Shown here piece by piece: positions 10,055-20,378 of a stretch of 60,261 nt of DNA. Numbering within the stretch: the first letter of the stretch is position 1; the number at the start of each line of letters is the position of its first letter. A program made the translations under genes and the position numbers. The stretch covers positions 45,312 to 105,572 of the forward strand of contig PLCF01000025.1 in the NCBI GenBank assembly GCA_003135555.1, in the 5' to 3' direction. The DNA comes from Vulcanimicrobiota bacterium (lineage in GTDB: Bacteria > Vulcanimicrobiota > Vulcanimicrobiia > Vulcanimicrobiales > Vulcanimicrobiaceae). The notes below the pieces were generated by a model, which made no database searches, was not told where the DNA came from, and worked only from the letters and a program-made list of their open reading frames with translations.

Positions 10055-11215
10055 ATGCGTCTGGTGCGGCTACTCGCCGTCGTCGCGGCCCTCGTCGCGG
10101 TCCCGCTCGGGCCTGCTTTGGGCGCCGAAAAGACCATCGTCACGCAACCGGCGTCCCCCAACGACCCGGCGGTGCTCGACGTGGCGCGCGCCAAGGTCGC
10201 CGCCGGCGACACCAAGGGCGCGATCGCCGGATTGGCGCCCTACGTTGCCGATCATCCCACCGACGCCGCGGCCGGCCGGTTGCTGGGCGACCTCTACTTC
10301 CGCGTCCCCGACTTCGCCAAGGCCGAGAAGGTGTGGAAAGCGCTCATCGCAATCGACGCGACCGACCGCGATACGCACAGCCGCTTGGGCGCACTGTACG
10401 CCGCGCAAGACCGCATCACCGACTCGATGTACGAGTTCCAGCTGAGCCTGCCCAACCGCACCGGTTACGTCGGCTTGGTGATGGGTCACAAGAAGGCCGG
10501 CGATCTCCAGGCGTACATGACGACGCTCCAATACGAGACGGACTCGCGCCCGTTCGACATCGCCAAGTGGTCGGAACTCGGTCAAGCGCAGCGGGCGCTG
10601 CATCACTCTCAACTCGCCTTCGATGCCTTCAACCACGTCGTCTCGGTCCGTCCCGCCTCGTGCCCGGCGCGCGTCGACGCCGCCAACGCTCTGGTCGATC
10701 TCGGGCGGCTCGACGCCGCGATCGTCCACCTCAAAGCGTGCCTGGCCGTCGATTCGAACTACTACCCGGCGGTCGTGAACCTCGGCGAGGCCTACCTCGA
10801 GAAGAACGACTTCGTCAGCGCGCGGCCGCACCTCGATCGCGCCTTGGCCTTGCGTCCCGAAGGAAACGAGGCGCTCGTCGACATCGGCTACATCTACGAC
10901 GTGCAAGGGGACTGGAAGACGGCGGTCAGCTACTACAACCGCGCGATTCGCGCCGACCCGATGCGCCCCGAGCCCTACATCGATCTCGGCTACAAGTACT
11001 ACCAGCAGCGACTCTTCCCGCTCGCCGAAGCGGCGTACCTCAAGGGGCTCAGCGTCTCGGAGGACGACGGGCGGCTGCACTACATGCTCGCGGTGACCTA
11101 CAACTTGCAGGGCAAGATCGCGCTGGCGCGCGACCAGTACCGCCAGGCGATCGCCTCCGAGGAGCCCATCGTGGTCCCGCTCGCGCAGCGTGAGCTGGCG
11201 CAGCTTCCACCGTAG
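10055..11215 (+). CDS. Exported tetratricopeptide repeat protein
   Basis: GGAGGAG RBS, signal peptide, multiple TPR-like helices (NLGEAYL, DIGYIY, DLGYKY). Confidence 0.85.
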   Translation: MRLVRLLAVVAALVAVPLGPALGAEKTIVTQPASPNDPAVLDVARAKVAAGDTKGAIAGLAPYVADHPTDAAAGRLLGDLYFRVPDFAKAEKVWKALIAIDATDRDTHSRLGALYAAQDRITDSMYEFQLSLPNRTGYVGLVMGHKKAGDLQAYMTTLQYETDSRPFDIAKWSELGQAQRALHHSQLAFDAFNHVVSVRPASCPARVDAANALVDLGRLDAAIVHLKACLAVDSNYYPAVVNLGEAYLEKNDFVSARPHLDRALALRPEGNEALVDIGYIYDVQGDWKTAVSYYNRAIRADPMRPEPYIDLGYKYYQQRLFPLAEAAYLKGLSVSEDDGRLHYMLAVTYNLQGKIALARDQYRQAIASEEPIVVPLAQRELAQLPP

Positions 11216-11318
11216 ACGACGAAGACCGTCTCGGTAGCGGCCCGGAAACGGCCGGTAACGCGCGGCCTTCGCGGCGGCCGGCGCCGGCGCGTTACGCGCC
11301 TGCTGCACAATCGTTCCG

Positions 11319-11729
11319 ATGCACCGGATCCTGCGCGCACTTGCGGTCGCTACTTGCCTGCTCTGGCCCAGCACCGTCCTCGCCGCGGGGGCGACCGCCC
11401 CCGGCGCGCCGGCCGAGCGTCCTTTCGGGCGTCTCAAGCTGACCATCGTCGAGGTTCGCCGTGGCCTCGACGGCCTCACCGCGCGGGCGGTGGCGCATCC
11501 CGGCGAGGCGCCGACGGTCTACGCCCGGGCAGTGCTGCTCGAAGACGCCCTGCGGGATTGGGCCAGGCACTTTCCCAGCGACCCCTGGATCCCCGGCTGC
11601 GCGTTCGCGCTGGCGCAGCTGTACGGTCAGCTCGATCTTCCCGACGCCGAGACGCGCAAGAACGACGCCCTGGACTGGCTCATCGCCGCCTACCCCCGCA
11701 GCGACTACGCGCAGATGGGCCGGATCTGA
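11319..11729 (+). CDS. Hypothetical exported helical protein
   Basis: Signal peptide; FPSDPW and YPRSDYA motifs reminiscent of TPR/BamD-like helical pairs. Confidence 0.6.
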   Translation: MHRILRALAVATCLLWPSTVLAAGATAPGAPAERPFGRLKLTIVEVRRGLDGLTARAVAHPGEAPTVYARAVLLEDALRDWARHFPSDPWIPGCAFALAQLYGQLDLPDAETRKNDALDWLIAAYPRSDYAQMGRI

Positions 11730-11823
11730 TCGGCCGCTGAGGCCCGCGCGGCTCGAAATACGGGCTTATGTAAAGGGCGCGTAAACTCGCCGTTTACTTT
11801 GCGTGCGGAGACCGCTCGCTGCC

Positions 11824-11851
11824 TCACGGCCTTGCTTGCTACCTCCGATAG
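11824..11851 (+). promoter_or_regulatory. Candidate sigma-28-like promoter for DUF11 operon
   Basis: TCAC-N16-TCCGATAG; alternative TAAA-N14-GCCGTTTA at 11771-11796. Confidence 0.35.
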
Positions 11852-11916
11852 TATTTGCGTCGGCTGCTGCCTCGTGGTGGGTAGCGGCGTTCCGCACGTA
11901 ACGAGGAGTTTCATAG

Positions 11917-12402
11917 ATGCGCAGCATCTCGGCGTCGTGGCTGGTCGTTCTGGCGCTCATCCTCCCGGAGGTCGCCTACGCCAAGCCGAGCGTGACACTC
12001 AAGCTCACCGGTTCGGTCGTGACCCGAGCCGTTGACGGGCACACTACGCTGACCCCCGTCGACAAGACGCAGCCCAAGACCGGCGACGAGATCCAGTACG
12101 ATATCGTCGCGGCGAACGCCGGCGACTCGCCGGCGCTGCGGCTCGTACCGACCGGGAAGATCCCCGCCGGGACCAGCTACGTCGACGGGTCGGCCAAAGC
12201 GGCTCGCGCGCATCCCGAGTTCTCGCTCGACGGCGGCAAGACGTGGTCGGTCGCGCCGACCGTGAAAGTCCGTCAAGCCGACGGAACGATGGTTGTCAAG
12301 AAAGCCGATCCGGCGCTCTACACGTCGGTCCGCTTCATCGCCGACGGCGCACTCGCGGCACACGGAACGGCCGCCTACACCTATGAGGTCCGCGTCAAAT
12401 GA
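11917..12402 (+). CDS. Small exported DUF11 (conserved repeat domain)-like protein, incomplete domain
   Basis: GAGGAG RBS, signal peptide, KTGDEIQYDIVAANAG...KIPAGTSYVDGSA; ends YEVRVK. Confidence 0.85.
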   Translation: MRSISASWLVVLALILPEVAYAKPSVTLKLTGSVVTRAVDGHTTLTPVDKTQPKTGDEIQYDIVAANAGDSPALRLVPTGKIPAGTSYVDGSAKAARAHPEFSLDGGKTWSVAPTVKVRQADGTMVVKKADPALYTSVRFIADGALAAHGTAAYTYEVRVK

Positions 12403-12443
12403 TGCGGGCCTCCTGCTTGCCCACGGAAGGGAACACTCGATCG

Positions 12444-14672
12444 ATGAACCCGCACTTGCGGTCTCTTTTGCGCACTTGCGCCGCCGTCGTTGCGCCGGTC
12501 GTCGTCGGTCTCGGGCTCGCGACCGCCGCTCCGGCGTTCGCGAACGGTACGCCGGCCGGTACGCCGATCACCAACACCGCGACGGCGACGTACTCGGACG
12601 GCGTCAACAGCTACAATTCGCAGTCGAACACGGTCACGACGACCGTCCAAAACGCTCCGTCGATGACGATCGCGCCGCCGCAGTCAACGCCCGGCGCAAA
12701 CACCGTCAGCCCCGGCGGAAACGTCACCGATACCTACACGCTTACGAACACCGGTAATGCCGCGGGCTACTTCGCTCTCTCCGGCGCGCTCGGCACAGCC
12801 AACGGCGTCACTGCCGGCCAAGGCACCTTCGTGCAGTTCGTGGTGAACGCGGGCGCGGGCAACCAGAACTTCGCCACCGTCGCGGCGGTGAACAACTACC
12901 TGCTGACCGGAAACGCCGGCGGACCGTTCCTTACGGCGATCAACGGCACGATTTCGATCAGCGTGAACTACAACGCCAACGCGGGCGCCTCGGGCACGAT
13001 CACGACGCTCGTGACGGCCAACGTCACGCAGCAGGCCGGCAGCGGGACCTCGCAGCAGACCTCGACGCCCAACACCGTGGGTCAGTACAACGACCCGGTG
13101 GTCGCCGACGCGCGCATGGATCTGCAAAAGCTTGCGGTCGTGGGCGGCACGGTCGCTGCGCCGACGGTGCAGTACACCGTGCGCGCCAACAACGGCGGCA
13201 GCCGTTCGATGGTCGCGGTAAACCGCAACGGCCTTCCGGCGGGCGCCGGGATCACTGGTGCCGGCGTCATCCTCACCGACAAGATCCCCTCATACAATGC
13301 CGTGCAGCTCACGCTCAACGGCACCCCGGCGTGGGTGACGCAGCCGACCGGCGCGACGTTCATCTACTCCACCGACGGCGTGACGTGGACGGCCTCGACG
13401 GTCGGCGCGGTCTACGTCGGCGCCTTCATCCCGGCGTCGGCGATCACCGGGACGTTCGGCGCGTCGAATCCGGGCTCGTCGCAAGGCAACGTGACCGCCG
13501 GGCAGGCGCAGGCCGCGTTCACCTTCGTGATCAACGGTTCGACCGCGGCAGGCGGCGCTAACCCCACCGCGATCGACAACGTGGTCAACTCGATCTACGC
13601 CGACCAGTCGGGTTTCATCGAGGGACCCGGCATCGCGTTCCAGACGGTCACCAACAACGCCGGTGCGACGGCCGCGCAGACCGCTCCGGCGATCGCGAAC
13701 GTCAACGGCACGCTGACCGGCGCGGCGCACATCCAATCCGCCTGTTCGCCGACGGCGAACTCGGTGCTCAACGGTCCCAATGGGTTCCCCGGAGCAACGG
13801 GTCCGGACACGACGACCAACACCGACTACACGGCGGTCTCGTACACCAACGGCGGCACGCTCCTGTCCGCCGTGGACGCCCAGACCGTGACCGTACCCGC
13901 AGGTGCGGCGGCGCTCACGATCGTCAACTCGCTCCAGAACACCGGCAACAAGGACGACACCTACAACCTCACCGTGGCGACGGGACCGGGTCTTACGGCG
14001 CTGCCTGCGGGTTGGACGGCGACGTTCGCAAGCGCCGGCCAGGGCGCCAGCGGAAGCTGCGGCGCGGTGGTGGCCGGAACGGTCATCACCTCGGTCTGCG
14101 TTCCGTCCGGCGCGACGGTGAACTACCGGACGATCTACACGCCGCCGGCCGGCGCAACGACGTTCAACGCGTTTGCCGGGTACGGCGACGCGGTCACCGC
14201 CACGTCGACCAACGACGTCACCAAGACGAACATCACGGTCGACGAAATCTTCGTGGGCGGCTTCGTCAAGCTGGTGAAGTCGTTGCAGGCCGGGCTCGGA
14301 CAGCCGTGCGCTACGGCCTCGGTCTGGACCGGCGCACCGGCCAACGTGAATCCGGGCGACTGTCTGTGGTACTCGATCGTCTACACCAACGTCGCGCCGA
14401 CGGGCGGCACCAACGACATCACGCTCAACGCGACGACGGTGGTGATCACCGAAGACGGTGCGGCCTCGGGCGGCACGCAGATCGCCTACGCCAACGACTG
14501 GGCGGCGAACACCAACGGCCTCTTCGCGGTTCCGACCGACACCAACGGCGGTACGCTGGGCGGCTACAATCCGGGACCGGGTGCGGCCGGATCGTCGCGG
14601 TTCACCGACACCATCGCTGCCTTAGCTGCGGGCGCTACGGGGACGTGCACGTTCAAGGTGCAGGTCAAGTAG
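12444..14672 (+). CDS. Large exported DUF11/Ig-like repeat protein, putative major fibre subunit
   Basis: GGAAGG RBS, signal peptide APAFA|NGTPAG, Thr/Gly/Asn-rich beta domains, internal and C-terminal DUF11-like motifs. Confidence 0.85.
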   Translation: MNPHLRSLLRTCAAVVAPVVVGLGLATAAPAFANGTPAGTPITNTATATYSDGVNSYNSQSNTVTTTVQNAPSMTIAPPQSTPGANTVSPGGNVTDTYTLTNTGNAAGYFALSGALGTANGVTAGQGTFVQFVVNAGAGNQNFATVAAVNNYLLTGNAGGPFLTAINGTISISVNYNANAGASGTITTLVTANVTQQAGSGTSQQTSTPNTVGQYNDPVVADARMDLQKLAVVGGTVAAPTVQYTVRANNGGSRSMVAVNRNGLPAGAGITGAGVILTDKIPSYNAVQLTLNGTPAWVTQPTGATFIYSTDGVTWTASTVGAVYVGAFIPASAITGTFGASNPGSSQGNVTAGQAQAAFTFVINGSTAAGGANPTAIDNVVNSIYADQSGFIEGPGIAFQTVTNNAGATAAQTAPAIANVNGTLTGAAHIQSACSPTANSVLNGPNGFPGATGPDTTTNTDYTAVSYTNGGTLLSAVDAQTVTVPAGAAALTIVNSLQNTGNKDDTYNLTVATGPGLTALPAGWTATFASAGQGASGSCGAVVAGTVITSVCVPSGATVNYRTIYTPPAGATTFNAFAGYGDAVTATSTNDVTKTNITVDEIFVGGFVKLVKSLQAGLGQPCATASVWTGAPANVNPGDCLWYSIVYTNVAPTGGTNDITLNATTVVITEDGAASGGTQIAYANDWAANTNGLFAVPTDTNGGTLGGYNPGPGAAGSSRFTDTIAALAAGATGTCTFKVQVK

Positions 14673-14679
14673 CACTCCG

Positions 14680-16884
14680 ATGCGGGGATTCTTCGCGCGC
14701 CTTGGGCGCACGATGGGCCTCGCTGTATCTCTGATCGCTCTGGCGGCAGGGATCGGCGAGGCGTCCCCTGTGGCGGGCCTCGTCATCGCCAACACGGTGA
14801 CCGCGCAGTACAGCGACCCCAACGGAGCGACGTACGCCGTGCAGTCCAACACCCTCTCGGTTTCGATCGCGGCAGTCTCGGCGATCGCCGTCTCTCCCAA
14901 GGAGACGGCGGTCGATCCGAGCTCTGAGGGCTATCCGATCGGCACGCCGGTCACCCGTACGTTCAGCATCACCAACACCGGCAACGTCACCGACGCCTAC
15001 ACCATCTCGAGCATCGTCTGCGGCGCCGGCACGATGACGTCGGCCGCGTTCGTCACGGCGAGCGCGGTCATCCCGGTCACGCCCGGGAGCACGGTCTCCC
15101 CGACGCTCCATCCGGGCGAATCGATCAAGCTGCAGGTCGTCATCGCGACAACCGGCGTCGCCGTCGGCGTGCCGTTCGCCGTCGGCGTCGTCGCGAGCTC
15201 GACGAACGCGACGACCGCGAACGGCCTCGTCACCGACACCGGGCGCGAGTTTGCCGTCGCACAGCCCGGCGCGTCGATCGCCGGCACCTCGGGACCGGCC
15301 ACGGCGATCGCGAAGCTCGTGAACCAGGTGCGTTCGCATCCGGCGCGCCCCGGTGAGACGGTAACCTACTCGATCGCATTTCGAAACTACGGTGGGTCGC
15401 CGGCGACGAACGTCGTCATCGTCGACGACGTGCCGGCCGGGATTCGCGCGTTGCCGCAGACGGTTGCCGTCAACGGCGTCAGCGCCGCCGGAACGGCGAC
15501 GCTGGTCGGCCAGCGCATCACCGTACGGGTCGGCACGCTAGGAGTCGGCGCATCGGACGTGGTCAGCTTCGATGCGGTCGTCGACAGCGGCTTGACGGCC
15601 GGTGCCACGTACGTGAACGTGGCGTCGCTGACCGCCGACGCGATCGGTACGATCACCACCAGCCCGGCGAGCGTCTTCGTCGGCATCTCCAACATCTGCT
15701 ACGACGGCTTCGCCGGTTCCGGTGCGCCGGTGAACTCGGCCACGCTGAGCCTGCGCGATCTGCAGACGCACGCGCTCATCGCGTTGCCGCAGACCGGCGC
15801 AGCGCAAGGGCTCACGCGCGCGCCGCAGGACGCCCTGCCCCCGCCCGGTTTGCCGCCGAACACCGGAAACGCCAACCCGTTCACGACCGGCGCCGACGGT
15901 GCCTACAGCTTCGTCTTCTCGGGGCAGCAGCTGGGCACCGCGGCGGCGCCGGCGCAGTACGAGCTCGACATCACGGCGCCGAACTATCGCGACCGGCGCA
16001 TCGCGATCAGCGTGACGCCGGACGCGACCGGGCTGCTGTACACTGCCGGGGTGCACGCGCTCGACGAGCAGCAGCTGGCGCGGCCGGGCGGCTTCGAGCT
16101 CGTTTCGACCAACGTCACGCTCTCCGAGGTGTTCGGTCTGCTCGGGAACGTGCCGCTGTTCGCGCCGCACCCGCTGGCGCTGTCCAAGACGGTCGACCGC
16201 GACGTGGCTTCGGGCGGCGATCGTCTGCTCTACACGCTCTCGGTGGGCAGCGACGGCGCGCAGCTCGGCGCGACGCGCGTCGTCGACACGCTGCCGGCCG
16301 GGGTGGTCTACGCGCCGGGTACCGCGCGCGTCGACGGTGTTCCGGTCGAACCCAAACGCGATGGCCGCGTCCTGACCTGGAGCTTGCCGGCGCTCAACTC
16401 GCAGCACACGATCACCTATGCCTGCGTTGTGATGCCGTCCACCGCCGACGGTGCGACCCTGGTCAACGTCGTCGACGTCGATGCGCTGGGCGGCTCCGGA
16501 ACGCACGTGCACGCCGCGGCGACGGCCGACACGCGCGTCGTCGCGGGCGCGTTGGGCAATCGCATCGTGATCACCGGCCGGGTCTTCGTCGACGTCGCGG
16601 GGACGGGCCGCTTCGCCCAAGGAGATCGCGGTTTGGACGGCGTCCGCGTCTACCTCGAGGACGGCTCGTCGGTCACGACCGACCGCTACGGGCGCTTCAC
16701 GTTTCCATCGGTCCACCCCGGCCAGCACGTGTTGCGCGTCGATGCGTCGACCTTGCCGGCCGGCGTGCGCGCCTATTCCGACAAGCGCTACGACAGCCCG
16801 CGCAGCCTGCAGCGCCTCTTGCACGGCATCTACGACGCCGGGCTGATGCATGACGTCAATTTTGCGGTGGAGCCGGCCGCATGA
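14680..16884 (+). CDS. Exported protein with two DUF11 domains and C-terminal SdrD-B/carboxypeptidase-regulatory-like domain
   Basis: AKLV..PGETVTYSIAFRNYG..VVIVDDVPAG; LSKTVDR..VVDTLPAG; ITGRVFVD..TDRYGRFTF..PGQHVLRVD. Confidence 0.85.
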   Translation: MRGFFARLGRTMGLAVSLIALAAGIGEASPVAGLVIANTVTAQYSDPNGATYAVQSNTLSVSIAAVSAIAVSPKETAVDPSSEGYPIGTPVTRTFSITNTGNVTDAYTISSIVCGAGTMTSAAFVTASAVIPVTPGSTVSPTLHPGESIKLQVVIATTGVAVGVPFAVGVVASSTNATTANGLVTDTGREFAVAQPGASIAGTSGPATAIAKLVNQVRSHPARPGETVTYSIAFRNYGGSPATNVVIVDDVPAGIRALPQTVAVNGVSAAGTATLVGQRITVRVGTLGVGASDVVSFDAVVDSGLTAGATYVNVASLTADAIGTITTSPASVFVGISNICYDGFAGSGAPVNSATLSLRDLQTHALIALPQTGAAQGLTRAPQDALPPPGLPPNTGNANPFTTGADGAYSFVFSGQQLGTAAAPAQYELDITAPNYRDRRIAISVTPDATGLLYTAGVHALDEQQLARPGGFELVSTNVTLSEVFGLLGNVPLFAPHPLALSKTVDRDVASGGDRLLYTLSVGSDGAQLGATRVVDTLPAGVVYAPGTARVDGVPVEPKRDGRVLTWSLPALNSQHTITYACVVMPSTADGATLVNVVDVDALGGSGTHVHAAATADTRVVAGALGNRIVITGRVFVDVAGTGRFAQGDRGLDGVRVYLEDGSSVTTDRYGRFTFPSVHPGQHVLRVDASTLPAGVRAYSDKRYDSPRSLQRLLHGIYDAGLMHDVNFAVEPAA

Positions 16885-19800
16885 CGCTGCGTCATCGCGT
16901 CCGCCGCAGCGGCGTCGCGCTCGTGATCGCGGGGTTGTTCTTTTCAACCGTCGACGTGAACCCGGCCGGCGAGATCGCCGGCGCGCGCGCGGACGAGATC
17001 GCCGCGACCGCGACCGCCGCGCCGGCGCCGGCGTCACCGCAGCCCGAGCCGTCGGCGGCAGCGCCGGCAGCGGCGGTTCAACCCAGCGCGTCGCCGGCGC
17101 CGCAAGCGTCGGCAGCCGCGGTCGCCGCGACCGAGAGCTCCGAGCGCGCGCCCGAAGGCGGCGATCTCACGCACCTCACCTTTACGGCGACCGATAGTTT
17201 GAGCGCGGCCCTGGTCGATCCGGCCGACGACGGCGTGGCCAACGGTACCTCGGCGGCGATCGAGGTCGAGACGGTGAAGGGCGCCGGCGTCGAGCTCAAG
17301 GTCGGCGACGCGGTCGTGCCGTTTTCGCGCATCGGCAAGCGCACCGTCGACGACAAGACCGGCGTCACGCGCTACACCTACTACGGCGTCACGCTGCAGC
17401 CCGGGCCCAATGCGGTCGCGCTGACCCCGGTCGGCGCGAACGGCTTCGGGCCGACGACGCATCATCGCATCTACGGTCCCGGGCGTCCGGTCACGCTGGG
17501 CGTCGTGGTGAGCGGGCCGTCCCGCGCCGACGGCGTGAGCCCCGACCTCGTCCGCGTCGAAGCACGCGACGCGTGGGGACACCGCGCGGCCGGCGGCAGC
17601 GTCGTGCAGGTCGTGCTGGTGCAAGGCGACGCGCGGCTCGAGCGCGTCGGCAGCGCCCAGCCCGCGACGTCGGTCACGCCGGTACCGCTCGCCTCCGCGT
17701 CGCCGGGAGTCGTCAACGGTACGGTCAACCGGCAGCGCGTCGACGTCGTGCTCGATGCGGACGGCCTCGCGACGGTGCGCTTGATCCCCGGCCTGACGCC
17801 GGGCGCGGTGCTGCTGCGCGCCGAATGCGGCGACGCCGCGCACGAGACGCGTCTGTTCCTCGCGCCCAACCTGCGCGCGCCGTTCGTCACCGGGCTGGTG
17901 AGCGCCGGCGCCGGCGCCGTGCCCGGGATCCCCGATGCGCCCGACGGGCAGCCCAACGGGACGAACTCTCGCCGCGGCCGCGTCGCGCTGTTCGCCACCG
18001 GTGCGATGGGCAAGTCGCTGGCGACCTTCGCCTACGATACCGCGGACACGCTGCAGCGCACGTCGGAATACGGCGGCGCGCTGGGCACCTACAACGGCGA
18101 TCCCAACGACCGGCCCTATGCGACCAGCGGCGACGCGAGCACGCGCCGCGACGACGCGCTCTCGCGCGATCACCTGTTCGCGCGGCTCGACAGCGGGCGC
18201 ACCACCGCGCAGTGGGGCGAGTTTCGCGCCCGCAGCGGGAGCGATTCGAGCGCCCTGGGCGGTTTCGATCAGCTCGTCGACGGCGCGAAGCTCGAACTCG
18301 GCGGCCAGACCCGCCGCGCCACGCTCTTCGCGGCGCGCAACGACGTCGGGTACGACCGGCGCGTCTTCTCGCCGACCGGCCTTGCGAACGGCATCACGCT
18401 ACGGCCCAACATCGTCGTCGGCTCCGAGGTCGTGCTCTTGGCGACCCTCGATGCGCGGATCGGGACCGTCATCGCGCAGACCGCGCTTACGCGCGGCGTC
18501 GACTACTCGATCGAGTACGCCACCGGCCAGCTGCACTTCATCGACGTCCCGCTGCCCTTTGACGAGGCCTTCAATCCGCGTCAAATCGTCCTGACCTACG
18601 AGTTCGATGCGCCCGGAAGCGCCGCCCGCACGATCGGCGGACGCGCCGAAACGCTGCTCGGCCGCAACGGCGCGCTCAAGCTCGGCGTCGGTTACGTCAA
18701 CGACACCACCGGCGCGGGGAACGTCGCGCTCGCGTCGCAAGACCTCAGCGGACTCATCCGCGGCGGCTCGTGGCAGATCGTGCATGCGACCAGCCGCGGC
18801 TCGCTGCTCGCGACGACGCCTGATTCGCCGTTGGCCGGCGCCGGCGGGAGCGCGTTGCACGCGCAACTCACCCGCGCGGTCGGCCCCGACCGGTTCTCGT
18901 TGCTGTTCGAGCGCACCGACGCGGGATACAACGATCCGTTCGGCGGTCTCAGCACGCCCGGACTCCTCAACGAACACCTCGTCTACGCGCACAAGTACTC
19001 CGCGGGTCTGGGTGAAGTCTCGCTCGACCTCGCGCACCAGGCCAACTCGGGGTTGGGCGACGCGGGTAGCTCGCAGACGACCGCGGCGCTGCGTTCGCGG
19101 CGTGCGATCACCAAGCGGATGACGGTAACGGCCTCGCTGGAGCGGCGCATCGCCGCGGCCGGCGCGGGCGGCCCGGCGTTGGGCTTCAACCCGGTCGGGA
19201 TCTTGCCGGTGCCGGGCGCTTCCCCGCTGCCGCTCGCCCCCAGCTCCGTCGCGGCAAGCCAGTCGTCGACCCAGGCTTCGCTGGGCGTGGACTGGCGCGC
19301 GACGCACGCGCTCGACGTCAGTGTCAACCGGCTCCAAACCTTGGGTGGTCAAAACGACGCGCAGCCGGCGCAGACCGATGCGCAGATCACCTACGATCTG
19401 GGCAAAGGCGGGCGGGCGTACCTGCGCCAGCGCTGGAGCGCCGCGCCGATCCAGAGCTTCGCCGAAGCGACGCAGTCGTTGACCAGTGCCACCGGCGGCA
19501 TGCGTGCGACCGAGATCGGGTTCGCCCGCCGCGTCGGCAACGCGACCAGCGTCGACACGTCGTACGTCGTCGACCATACCGCCACCGGCGGTGACGTGTA
19601 TGCGTCGATGGGCGTGCGCGAGCGCATCTCGCTCGGGCTCACCAAAGGCGACGCGTTCGTGCAGCATGCGACCGCCGCGGGCGGCGGCAGCGGCGGCTTC
19701 GACCTGTACGGCCTCTCGCTGTCGTATGCCGATCCGGCCAACAAGTTCCGAGCCAGCGGTTCGGCGCAAATGCGCACCGGCAGCGCCCCGGGCGTGAGCC

Positions 19801-20378
19801 TCTCGTTGGCGGCGACCGGAGCGATCTCGCCTGATTTCGCGCTTTTCGCGAGCGTCAACGACGCCCGCGCGATCGGCAGCAGCCAGGCCGACGAACGGGT
19901 CGGGCTGGCCTGGCGTCCGTCGCGCAGCGACGCCGGCGTCACGCTGCTCGAGTACGATCGCCGCGACGGCACCAGCGCGCTCACCAACACCCAGAGCGGG
20001 GTGCTCTCGGCCGAGCAAGTGCTGCGCGTGCGCAACCGCACCGAAATCGTCGGACGCTACGCCTACAAGCTCGACGGCGATTCGTACTACGCCGCGCACA
20101 GCTCGCTGGCCGGGCTGCGCATCGATCAGAAGATCGGCTCGCGGCTCGACCTCGGGGCGGAAGTGCGTCGCGCGAACGTGGTCGGAATCGAAGGCGCCGA
20201 CGCGACCGCCGTCGCAGTGGAAGCCGGCGTGCGGCTTGGAGACAGCGCGCGGGTCGGCGTGGGATACAACGTGCGCGGCAGCGCCGATCCGTCGCTGGCC
20301 GCGGCGCCGGTGCGACGCGGCTTCTTCGTGACCCTCACCAGCGTCGTGGATCGTCTGTTCGGCTGGGGCAAGCACTGA
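16881..20378 (+). CDS. Large predicted outer-membrane beta-barrel protein with periplasmic Ig-like domains
   Basis: ATGA-coupled; N-terminal export signal and Pro/Ala linker; long run of amphipathic beta strands in the C-terminal two-thirds. Confidence 0.75.
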   Translation: MTLRHRVRRSGVALVIAGLFFSTVDVNPAGEIAGARADEIAATATAAPAPASPQPEPSAAAPAAAVQPSASPAPQASAAAVAATESSERAPEGGDLTHLTFTATDSLSAALVDPADDGVANGTSAAIEVETVKGAGVELKVGDAVVPFSRIGKRTVDDKTGVTRYTYYGVTLQPGPNAVALTPVGANGFGPTTHHRIYGPGRPVTLGVVVSGPSRADGVSPDLVRVEARDAWGHRAAGGSVVQVVLVQGDARLERVGSAQPATSVTPVPLASASPGVVNGTVNRQRVDVVLDADGLATVRLIPGLTPGAVLLRAECGDAAHETRLFLAPNLRAPFVTGLVSAGAGAVPGIPDAPDGQPNGTNSRRGRVALFATGAMGKSLATFAYDTADTLQRTSEYGGALGTYNGDPNDRPYATSGDASTRRDDALSRDHLFARLDSGRTTAQWGEFRARSGSDSSALGGFDQLVDGAKLELGGQTRRATLFAARNDVGYDRRVFSPTGLANGITLRPNIVVGSEVVLLATLDARIGTVIAQTALTRGVDYSIEYATGQLHFIDVPLPFDEAFNPRQIVLTYEFDAPGSAARTIGGRAETLLGRNGALKLGVGYVNDTTGAGNVALASQDLSGLIRGGSWQIVHATSRGSLLATTPDSPLAGAGGSALHAQLTRAVGPDRFSLLFERTDAGYNDPFGGLSTPGLLNEHLVYAHKYSAGLGEVSLDLAHQANSGLGDAGSSQTTAALRSRRAITKRMTVTASLERRIAAAGAGGPALGFNPVGILPVPGASPLPLAPSSVAASQSSTQASLGVDWRATHALDVSVNRLQTLGGQNDAQPAQTDAQITYDLGKGGRAYLRQRWSAAPIQSFAEATQSLTSATGGMRATEIGFARRVGNATSVDTSYVVDHTATGGDVYASMGVRERISLGLTKGDAFVQHATAAGGGSGGFDLYGLSLSYADPANKFRASGSAQMRTGSAPGVSLSLAATGAISPDFALFASVNDARAIGSSQADERVGLAWRPSRSDAGVTLLEYDRRDGTSALTNTQSGVLSAEQVLRVRNRTEIVGRYAYKLDGDSYYAAHSSLAGLRIDQKIGSRLDLGAEVRRANVVGIEGADATAVAVEAGVRLGDSARVGVGYNVRGSADPSLAAAPVRRGFFVTLTSVVDRLFGWGKH

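Noticed and set aside
11795..11900. Possible c-di-GMP-I riboswitch upstream of the DUF11 operon
   Set aside because: GGTAGCGG lies on + but the ACGCAAA(G) elements are on the opposite strand; the required order and stems are absent
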